DNA from: Phoronis australis
Taxonomy: Eukaryota; Animalia; Phoronida
Reading direction: 5' to 3'
NCBI GenBank assembly: GCA_002633005.1
Contig: NMRA01000241.1
Span: 168,537 to 232,536 of the forward strand
Length of the DNA: 64,000 nt
The notes under the pieces: model-generated
What the model was told of the DNA's origin: nothing
Databases searched by the model: none
What the model saw: only the letters and a program-made list of their open reading frames with translations
In this document: piece by piece, positions 53,253-64,000 of the stretch
Numbering within the stretch: the first letter of the stretch is position 1
Layout: each line of letters opens with the position of its first letter
Position numbers and translations under genes: made by a program

Positions 53253-56200
53253 AGCTTTACCCAATTGTATGATTGGCGAAGAGATACAAACGCACACGTT
53301 TATATATTATCAGTAATCAGCTTATTATCAGTAATCAATTTTATATAATATCGTTAACTAATCCGAGTCAACAGAAATGTCACGACTTCATTTTAAGTAA
53401 CAGCGTTGAATCAACTTAATCGATAAGATTGTGCGATGATGCACAATTTTCAGGGTTGACTTTAATTCCAAAGATCTGTTTGATAAAACTAAGGATAAGG
53501 CGTTATAGTAGTATTCTATGTATTTCTGTTCTGTATATATGCATACCGAACCTGTCTAAATTCTGTATATTGTATTTTGTAAATGTACTTGAATTATAGT
53601 TTTTTATTTTTAAACGATGTAATATATCTTTAAAAAACAGAGGACGAAATTTTTTATTTTGGAAAGACGACAGGTGTGTTAACAAGAGAATTTTCTGACT
53701 GATCATTTAAATCCAATTAATTGCTGTAACAATGACCAAGTGACAAAATAAATCGTGAGATACAAAAACCTTCTAATTTAGGACATCTAAAATCAAAATA
53801 TACCGTTTCGTGCAGTGTCTGGTAATCAAGTTAGAATGAAATACAACACGATGTGGCGCGTTTATTACCAGTTAACCTTTTCTAGCTCCTAGTAGATGTC
53901 GTATCTCACACCGACAAACAATGTTTCAATCGCAATGCATTTTAACCTATTTAAAACCAATACAACTTATCGACGCAACAATCGACTTCAAAAATCATGG
54001 CGAAAACTAATCATTGGTTGAATTGTGTCAGAGAGATTAGCAGTGTGAAATTTTGATAAAATTCCATGGTGAAATGCTATGTGTTTAATTAGCGCTTTTG
54101 TTGGAGCAGACGAAAAATGAAACACGTTTCAGTGAAATGTGGAAACTTGCAAGTGACCGTATTCGATTTTAGTTGAGAATTTGTAACGACTGCATGAAAA
54201 TACATTATTCATTAATTTTTGTTGGAGACTAGGTTCATTGTTGGTTAAAGGAATTTCAAACTATTGAGTTAATGACAACTCCGTTAAATCTTATTATATT
54301 GCTCAGTTGCCATCTAGTTTCAGTAAAACGACTGTACAAGGATGTGTACATGAGACAGGACACCATAGTCAGTTCATTTTGGTAAAATGGCTCGATTGAA
54401 TCTTAGGAAGTGTAACTACATGATCATTTACAAAAAACCGAAGACACGGTTTGGTGAAATATACATGCTACGTTTATTTTGCAGCGTGGAATGGTGTATA
54501 CATCATGAATATTAGCAACGCAGACCATAGCTTTATCCAGTTTGGCACATTTCCCAGGTTCTGCCGGTTTTTAAGTACCCGGAACTGTTCGTGGCTGATT
54601 GAAACGACAGGCTTTATCGAGTTGACTTGCGTAATAATTTCCAACCAGCTCTGATCAGCAGGCTTTACAAGACTTCACAGCAATTTTAATTCGCCGATAA
54701 ATCAAAACGTCCCTCAAATAAAAACAAGTCTAAAACTCGACACGTAAATCAGCTCACACTATTAAGGAAATGACATTTATAAAAGCTAAGCTTCTTTACA
54801 AGTTTATAAAACCCGTTGCTGTGAATATTCAACATTTATTCTAACCGCATTACTTGGCGAAAGTATCTCACTTGTTAGTTTCTCATTGTAAAGAAAGATA
54901 AAGTCCAATACAAGTAAGAATTAATAGTCTTCTTACAGTCGTTGATTCACTTAGAATGAACAGATAATCTCTAGTGTTCCTGTCGCGGAACATTAGTTTA
55001 ATCAGTATGTTGACACACAGTAAGTTCTCTTAGACCATAGAAAATTAGAGAAAATAGTTTCAAAGACTGGAAGAATGCAAAGAAACAAAAAGCTGCGAAG
55101 AAATATTTTTAAAAATGTCTGCTCTTGTTCGACAACAAATGTGCTACAACATCGTCTTGCGTTCGGGAGGGAGTGAGTACAGCTGAACAGGTTTCAATAA
55201 TAGAGATTCTCACTTCCCATAAATTGGGCGCTGTTCAGGTAATATGAATATTGCCTTGGCGCTTGGGGGCATTCATTTTTACAACAGAAGTTTGTGGGAT
55301 AACTGCAATGGATTGTGGAATATCTGCCAGTCAAGAGAATAAAGTCAACCAATGAAACAAAAGAACTTTTACACCTACCTATATTTGCAGCCAACAGATG
55401 GCGAGGAACTAGTGCCACAATCTTCTAACCGCAAAGAGGTCCAAGAATGGATTTTCATGGCTGCCACTTGTTAACGTGTTCTGATGACTCGTTTGTATTT
55501 AATAACGCGTTAATTCGCGTCGTGGATGTGAGTAACATGTCGCTTGTTAAACCTTCACTGAAGTTATAATTGTTTCGGTTCTGAATTTTTGACTTGATGA
55601 GACTGAGATTCTGACATTCTTAGGACTGTTATTCACTGTTTACGGTCAAATCTCACTAGTGCAGGACAAATTACAGCGGACAGGAGAAATTTTATTTTCT
55701 CATTTATCATAACTGGTATACATTACCAGAACGACCCTTCGCAATATCCAACTTCCGTGCCATAGAACAAAATGAAAATAGTAAAATTTTGGCAATTATT
55801 TTTATCCTAAACTGGTGAGATTTTACCTTATATATGTACATGGCAAGTCAAAGTGGCCCAAATCAGTTACTAAATCTAAAATTAAGTAATCCCACCAAAT
55901 TAACGACAGTACACCACGAAATTGACGAGTCTACAATTAATTATAAGTACATCCCTTAGTGGATGTTTTACAGGGCATCGGATTTTTATGATTGGTCTAA
56001 ATGGGATTTACCATCTCGCTAGATGACTAAGGTTAGTGTCACTCAGTCACAAGGTTAGTGAGACCATTTCTCATTGCCAGATTCAAGTGAACGCGTGAAC
56101 GACAGGGTCAAGTGGCAGCATTTATAACCACGTGTACAAGTCTAAACAATGATCAACCTGGTCGCTAAGTCTGTGATATCTTGGCTCTGGAACCGGAAGT

Positions 56201-56508
56201 ATCTTCAATTTACGCAATCATATAACCGCCTTATACGAGTAACCCCCTAACATTTTACGCCCCCCTCCCCCCCCCACACACACTCACACTCACAAAAATG
56301 GAGTCGTGAAGCATAACAAGCTAACAGTTTTTCGCTGTTATCTCGTCATACTGTGGTCGGAGGCGACATTTTAGGCTTAAAGCGGCATTAAATACATGCT
56401 TTCTGTTAAAAACAAAGTTGTTAGGCAACTTACGATTAAAAAATTGTTCTTATCGTGTTCCTTACTTACTTAAAAAATGAACTCTGGTCTGGGGAAGAAT
56501 GACAATTG

Positions 56509-56600
56509 GATATTTCTTCAGACCGAGGTCATACAGTTTGATGTTTCTTCAGACCGAGGTCATACAGTTTGATATTTCTTCAGGCCGAGGTCATACAATT
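56509..56600 (+). repeat. Tandem repeat, 31-bp unit x3
   Basis: GATATTTCTTCAGACCGAGGTCATACAGTTT. Confidence 0.88.
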
Positions 56601-59600
56601 ACAGGTCACACCTTGACTTGATACGAGTCTCTTCTCAAGTAATAATTCTTTTAAATTTGACCGATTTGGCTGGAGGAACAATTTCAGATCAATTTTATAA
56701 GGGTAAATGGCCTAAACCACAATTTGTGTTTTAACGGAAAGCACTTGTTAACCGCTTCATTTTTTATTTTATCTCACTTTGAAGCTAGCCGTTTTTGAGC
56801 TGGTCATAATTTTACATGGCGCAAACGCGGAAATTGTGAACAATATTGCCAGCCTACCGTGTGTCCATAGAAATGAGGTAAAGCATCAAAAGGGCGGTCA
56901 TTTTTTTAATTAATGCTATGCAAAATTTGATACCATAAGATGGAATCCGATGATGAATTTTCAATAAGTAATGATTGATCAGTAGCAATTAGTATGACGC
57001 TAGTATTTTATCTTCTTCGTCAACCCAGATTCCAAAAATGGTTGCTACAACAATAACAAACCAGCATGGATATTTAGGCTCAAGCGTGAAACATAATCTA
57101 TGATGGGCATTTAATTTATTCCGTATTGTTATTCTCCAAACACACGTATGATTGTCTAACAGCAGTACACGAGAACGAATAATTAAACAATATGCACACA
57201 ACGCACATCATAAATTCACTCTAAAGCCGCGTTGTGTTATCATTCGTGTTTTCAGATCAGAAATGTGAAAATAGCAGAAAGCATTATTTTGCAAGAAAAA
57301 CACTCGTTAACTCAGATATCGAAATCAACGCTTGACCTACAAAATTAATTTACGTTCCTTGCGACAGATGTTTGCGCAAGCAGCGTGAGGGTTTCGATAT
57401 ATTAGATTTAGCTTTAGCACCAAATTCTTACTATAATTGTTTGTGGCGAGAACTATATCATTTGTGTCAGATGAGTGGCTATATTTCAAAATAATGGCAT
57501 GTACAAATCACGCGTTTCTCATTATTATTTTTCAAGATAAACAATATATCAACGTGAAATAGAATCATTTCCAGAATTTTTAGACAGTTTGAACGATTTT
57601 TGCTAATGTGTTTGATATATAATTAAATCCACGTTCTAATTGATTCTGAACGAAGATGCAGATGATGGGTAAAAAGTAACCGGTTTCATTATGAACTACT
57701 TCCGGATGAACATTTGATTGCTGGTCAAAGGATACAGCATACTTAGCCTCTTTCTTGCATTGGACTAGACCTACGTGGCTTGGACGCGTTCGATACAATA
57801 TATTTACCAGTAGGCATCGGGCCACCGGCAGTCCTTTTGTAGCCTCATTCGTCGTCACCCACAAGACGCACAACATATAAGTGTGGTCTACAGAAGCATA
57901 AATTCAGCTGGAGCGAAAATCTATCTGTGTACAAACTTATGCATTAATTGTTATCAAGATGGGGCAGCGCTGATTTGCTGGTTGTGATGCACTCGGAATT
58001 AATGGTAACCAATGGTGTATGTTTTTTACTCGGCCAAATAAGACTTGCTTTTATTTATAACTCGGCCAATCAAGATGATCTAAAAGTCAGGCACCGGTTT
58101 AGCAAAAAGTTTGAACCGAGAGGGTGGAAATGGAAAATGAACATTCGGTAAATTTTTGAATGAATCCGGGTGTTACGGCAGTCGAGAGGCCACTTTACAT
58201 GCAAAACGATCAAAAGATGTCGGTCAGCAATATCAAATTAACGGACACTGACAAGTTGACGCTCACGCCTTGTAATCACGTTTTTATGCAAATGTCTGGT
58301 GTTAAAAAATAGCTTGTGGATAAGCATTTAGTTGCAATCGCCTTATCAGAAATTGGGATGCCGAGGTCTGTGATCTCAAAGTCCTAAATTGGGTTTAGGA
58401 TCTAACGTCCCATAATGAAAGCCGTTTGTAGCGTTGTTTGCTTTTTGGAAAAGTGCACTCGACAGCCTCTTCAACGACAATGAAATGCCCTATAGTAGAG
58501 TAGTTAACATAAAATAACGACACACGTGCTCACATTGAACTAAAAAGCTAGGTAGCTATCCAAGTCTTTTGGTTGAGCTCACGTCACCCGTAACTTGTCT
58601 TCAGAACAACGGAGAACCTGCAGGCAAACTGTAACGGTGGGCTATATCATGTTCGCTAGTATCCATGGAGGTAAAATAGGCTCTAATAGTGAACACATTG
58701 TCCCTTCTTTTTGCCAAGCTGCAATAAATTTTGTATTTTAATTTTATACAGTCATTCACATATTCCCCGTTGTGGCTATATAGGGTGGGTATTTTTGTTC
58801 TCATTTCGAGACCAATAGACGATTACGACATATCTAATAATACACGCATGTACAGGATTAGTTATTGATAATCTGTATTAAAAAACAGTTGCACGTTTGA
58901 GTAATCGAAACTGTTGAAACTCCAAGGGAAAAGTAAATTTCACCTCTTTATAAGTTTGTATACGCAATTCCCACTCTCCTAAATTATTATCCCTAAACCT
59001 TCAAACGGCCGTATAGAATTTGGAGTATTTGTGTAATTTAAACGAAATAAATTTCCCTGTCACCGCATTTTCAAGAGATTTTAACATTTTGCCAATCCAA
59101 TATCGCCAGGTCGGCGAAAGCAAATTGTTGTAGGCTAATACGTTATCGTCAGCCCAGAAATTATGAGGCCGCATTACAGTCTGACTAATGAAGTCTTTCC
59201 AGATAGAATTTTCAAAAGTGAAAGATTTCTCTCACTATTTTCTTTTCCTTCATAATCTGTTCATATCGTCACTTCTTACCCTAGTGATGTCAATATTTAT
59301 CACCATTATTCCGTTTTGAAATATAGTTTTGCTTTTATACGGGTTGTTGTCACAAACATTCACATCCGCGACTGGCGTGCAAATCAGTGTCTCCTTGACA
59401 TTACCCATTCATTCATCAATACAAAAGGTTGATAGTGTGTCCGGTATCCAGAAGAATTGTGGTTAAAAACAAGTTGGCGTTTCCAAAGTTGGAAGTAAGA
59501 ACACGACATCGATTTTTAACCAGCACGCACTCACTCGTGTGATCCGATTTTGAAACTACTGTAGCCAGAAAGGAGAACAGTTACGGCTAATTCTTATATC

Positions 59601-61811
59601 TTTGGCAGACACTTGCCACTGGCTTGTCCACTCATTCCAAAATCCGTTACAGTTACGTAATTATACAGCTAATATAATAACACTTAAGTCAATATTACCG
59701 TAACATGCAACAGCGAATGAGCGAAACAAAGTTATAATAAAAATGACCAGAAAAAGTAAAAGAAACACATTTTATGGTTTCGCCACCAAAATTAACAATC
59801 TAAAATGCAGCAAGTTCTTACATCTTGGCATTTCCTAAGGCATAACCAGGTGTTCTTCGGTTTAACCATATTTAGCATATTTTAAACATGTTTTAAAATG
59901 TTTTAAACGTGAGCGTGTATATTCATTAAAGGGGGTTATATTTCTCCCGAGTCAGAAGTAAAAACAACACAAAATGTGAAAGTAAGTTTTGTCGACAAGA
60001 AATTGTATTTTGGTTCGTACGTTACGGGATTTTGGTGAGCACGTGTTAGAATTATGAATATACTATTTCCGCCCTTTGCAGTTTCGAAATAAGGATTTAT
60101 AGCGCGACTACCTCAGATTATTATCACGAAGTATAAAAATTATGGCGCGAATATAACTTATAATACTTTCAAGAAAGATTGGTGCAATTTTTTAAAGACA
60201 GTAAATTCATGGTTTCTGAATATTTTGTTGTTAGCATATTTCCGGCTAGATTCTAACTTAAATCGATGTTGCACAGTGAACAGTGACGTGAAAGACAGCT
60301 TAGGAAGTATTGAGAACAAACTGCGTTTATTCTATCAGCGTCGAGTAATTATGCTAATTTTCAATTTGTTAGAAAATTGCACAAGCTTGTAAATTGATGA
60401 CGCTATGAGTTTGCAGATGATATTGTAAATGTCCAAAGTACTGCTTAACGCATTCACTGACTATGAAATAAAAAACTTGTTTACCAATGTAATACACAGG
60501 GTAAGTTAATGCAAGATCTAAAATTAAAACGCGTTTTCTGGTGCATGTCTCCCCTCCCCAAAATCAATTTTGCCACGTATTTTAGTATATATATTTATGT
60601 CTTGAAGACCGGGTGCATTTATTCTTCGAGGTCAACTTAAACGTCTGTTGCGTAGGATAGCGCGGCGTCTTATATCGCCTTTTTACGTGTTGCATTCACA
60701 CAAAAGTTTTAGAATTTGAGGCGTTGCCAATGTTTTGCACGACAGCAAGCGCACAAAAGAAAAGCTTGTTGAAGAACGAAAACTACAAGCTGCTTGTTCT
60801 TTAGACGCGAACACGTCGATAGTAGTTTTATGGATTGAGATAAATTGACTCTCAAGCGTTTGATGACAAATACAACTTCAGCCTCACATTTAACATCACA
60901 TTGTACATCCATGTTATTCCCACAAGACATTTTGCAATGTGATTTGAAATTACGCATTCGAGCGTAACTGTTGTGGGCTCATATTGCTGCAAGAAAATCT
61001 AAATCCGCAGAGGCCCAGGCATATTATCTCAGTTTTCAATCATCGTGCAAATAGAATTAGAACCTCATGCTATATTTAAATATATCATGTGACCTACTTA
61101 GTGATCGTTGAGACGAATGCATAGAAGCTGTATAGAGTTCATACTAAGAATACATAGTTTGACGATTTAATATCCTTGGCCCATACATACGCCAAGGTTT
61201 TAGCAACACATGTCGTGGCCCAAGAGGGCGACCCGAGAGCTTTACCTCGGTGTGACGCGGTTAGTGAGAAGTTGTCGTCAACAGCGTATATTATCTGAAA
61301 TGTTCTTGCATCAGCGTTTACTAATACACGTTTAGAGATTTCTATGAATTCGGGGGGACATAATCAACTAATGAGGCTGGATAGCTCACGAGTTAGTTTA
61401 GACCAGTTGTTAGTTAAGGACGGTCAAAGTACAAGTCTGTTGTATATTATCGCTTACGGAATATTCAACTGGCATATCTCCTTGTTGCAACCGCACTAAG
61501 GCAAATGTGCACAAAAACACATACGCCATACTTCAAGATTTTTTTCAGATTGCAGTTGACTCGTTTACCGGCATTCTCTAAATATACGACTGGTTACACA
61601 CGATCCGTTAATTAAACTTAATGTAAACGTTTAACAGAAGAACGGAATCAGTACGGTCAGGAGCCAATCCAGAACACAGCGTACACGATATAATTGGGCA
61701 GTTTTAACAGTCAATACGACTTTACTATAAGCCACCCATATAAACCACGCCATTACACCGATTATTACTAACAGTTGACTGTCTTCGTTCTCTCGTGTGA
61801 CCACTTATTAC

Positions 61812-63525
61812 ACAAAACCTGGGAATAATCGTTATCGTTCCAGACAAAACCTAAAGCTGTTTGTACCCATAATGTTTATTCCATGCCATTTCACGTTCAT
61901 CATAATTTAGAACAGGACTTGTGTGGAGAGGACTTACGTCGTGAAATAGTAGTTACGGGCCATGCTGTTTGTACGCGCTGTTAGACCTCGCCCGCATACT
62001 ATAACAATAAACCTATTGCCAACTAAGCCCACAGCACGTATATGCATGGAACAATTAAATAACATTACCTTTCCACTTGAACAAATCATAAAATGACAAA
62101 TAGCTGCTTTTATTCAATGGCGATTGTCATATGAAATTGAAGTAGCTTTGAGGGTGTTTTTATACCATTCTATTTTCTAAAGGAAAAAAGTAAGAATATA
62201 CGTTTCATTATTTACAATAGACAGGTTGGTCTCAGTAATAAACAGACATTGGCTGCAGTAGATACACCTGAAATGTTGGCGAACACTAGATGCCACAAAT
62301 GTCACTGTAACATCTGTGTGTGAATATGAATTTAAAGGACATCGATGGAATAAACATAGCCGTGTCTTTGTAGCTTCAGACTTTATTCTCGATCAGGTTG
62401 CATATCATGAATCAACAGCATTTGAACAATACAGACAAAAAACAAACATTAATCTTTTTTGATCCTGTCGTATGACAAAATGATTTTTCATCCTCTATTT
62501 GAAAACGGCTACCATAATGTAGCTCAAATTTCAATTTAACTCCAGTAGAGAAAAAGGAAATGTAAAAACAATGATTTGTACTCAGTAAGAAAATTAACTT
62601 TGTCATTTCACGAGTTACCGTGAAAATTTGGGAAGAATCGTAAAAAGAAGTAAATACAAACGCACTTGAAATATTGTTCGTTTTTTGATATGTTGACTTG
62701 AATACCGGCGACACCCTAAATTAATAAAATGACGTCAACATTTGACAAAACATTTACCAGTCAATTGGGTGACATTAAGTTTGGCCTTGTGATTATCTCA
62801 TTTATGAGACGGTAAAGCATCACACAAGCTTGATACTCTTCGTTCAAACATGAAAAAGTGTAAAATTTAAAATGGTATTTAAATTTATTGCGCAACACCA
62901 GTCCATATCTTTCCAAAATTAGTTACAATGATGAGCGATGTTGTGCAAAATATTTCAAAATTTTGCGCAGTGTAACCCGGATGAAAATATACCACTTGTC
63001 CTTATTTCATGGTAAAATTCAAGGCTAAAAGCGTCTCGAACTAATTAGTTAAACAGACTTAAGATTTAATACATTTCGCCGAATTAACCTAATGCAAAAA
63101 ATTAATGTATGCCTCCACGTTTGTCGACGTTTGTCTGACGACGGTATCATATTTGTTTGAGTGTCGTGCCCATAATTTGCGGTGAATATCAAACTCGTTA
63201 AAATCAGCTGACCAAACGTTCAAAGCAGCTGATAACAATGCTTAATCCACGTCAAATTCTTTTAGAAATTTGATGACGAAATTGATTTCCTCTCGCGAAT
63301 AAATTACAATGGTGGTTCAACAGCAAAGAGAATTTGTCCCTAGTATACAAATTGTTAAAATTTTTAACAAGTTGAACTTTAAAGATATTTTACTGAAAAT
63401 AACAAAAAGTACCATACCTGGCGAAATGAATTTGTTGAATACGTGAAATGGCATGGAATAAACATTATGGGTACAAACAGCTTTAGGTTTTGTTTGGAAC
63501 GATAACGATTATTCCCAGGTTTTGT
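61812..63525. mobile_element. Putative non-autonomous DNA transposon bounded by ~85-bp inverted repeats
   Basis: 61812-61896 is the reverse complement of 63441-63525 with about one mismatch; non-coding interior; no clear target-site duplication. Confidence 0.65.
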
Positions 63526-64000
63526 AGTTTAACGAGTTTACCTATATTGTCTATACCCATATTGTCTTTTCAATTTACAACTATCTTGATGTCCTTACCG
63601 AAAACGTCGTGACTCACAAATCAATAGGTACAGTAGCAGTAGGGCTGCAACAAACCAGCGCTTTTACTGTTAACAAAACTGGTCATACTGAACATGTTCA
63701 TTATTCTAGATAAGGAGTGGTTTGTTTGTGGGATGGAAGACAGTTCGTAAAATGAGCCCGCTGTAACAAGTCATATCTAGTCTAGTCTCACTCTCAAAGC
63801 AACAACAAGTATTGCCTGATCTTCTCAAACCCAGAAATCCAAGAACAATTTGAGAATCAGATCAATCATTTATGATAAGAAATATTTAATGAAAGTTATT
63901 TTTTAAGAAGCGCGGATTTATTGCAACTAAAAGGTACACTCTGTCCACAGTTAGCTAACAATTATTCCGTGATTGTCCATGCCATTGCTGAGATATTCAG

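Noticed and set aside
50000-64000. Short 60-115 aa ORFs in the distal region
   Set aside because: No recognisable domains or consistent exon chain; lengths are as expected by chance. No prokaryotic-type system (CRISPR, operon, retron) is supported anywhere in the window.

Overview
AT-rich, intron-containing animal genomic DNA from a draft assembly (N gaps at 5270-5414 and 33750-34647), most likely a marine invertebrate bilaterian (inference; the species cannot be named from the sequence). It holds two convergent spliced genes. (1) On + (717-14340) lies the 3' part of a conventional protein kinase C (PKC-alpha/beta type) gene. It ends in two alternative 153-nt terminal coding exons that mirror the vertebrate PKC-betaII/betaI arrangement. 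(2) On - (49637-20685) lies an apparently complete 23-coding-exon BAHCC1/TNRC18/winged-eye-like chromatin reader of ~1697 aa by my exon sum, with coiled coil, AT-hooks, tandem Tudor-like region and C-terminal BAH domain. The introns carry five copies of a DINE-1/HINE-type non-autonomous Helentron whose body is a tandem array of ~150-bp monomers, many containing a CTCF-core-like motif. There are also MITEs, a ~445-bp near-perfect palindrome, a decayed Bel/Pao integrase fragment and several mini/microsatellites. The last ~14 kb shows no recognisable coding sequence and looks richer in CpG. Exon boundaries were read by hand from GT/AG sites and phase continuity, with no transcript evidence.
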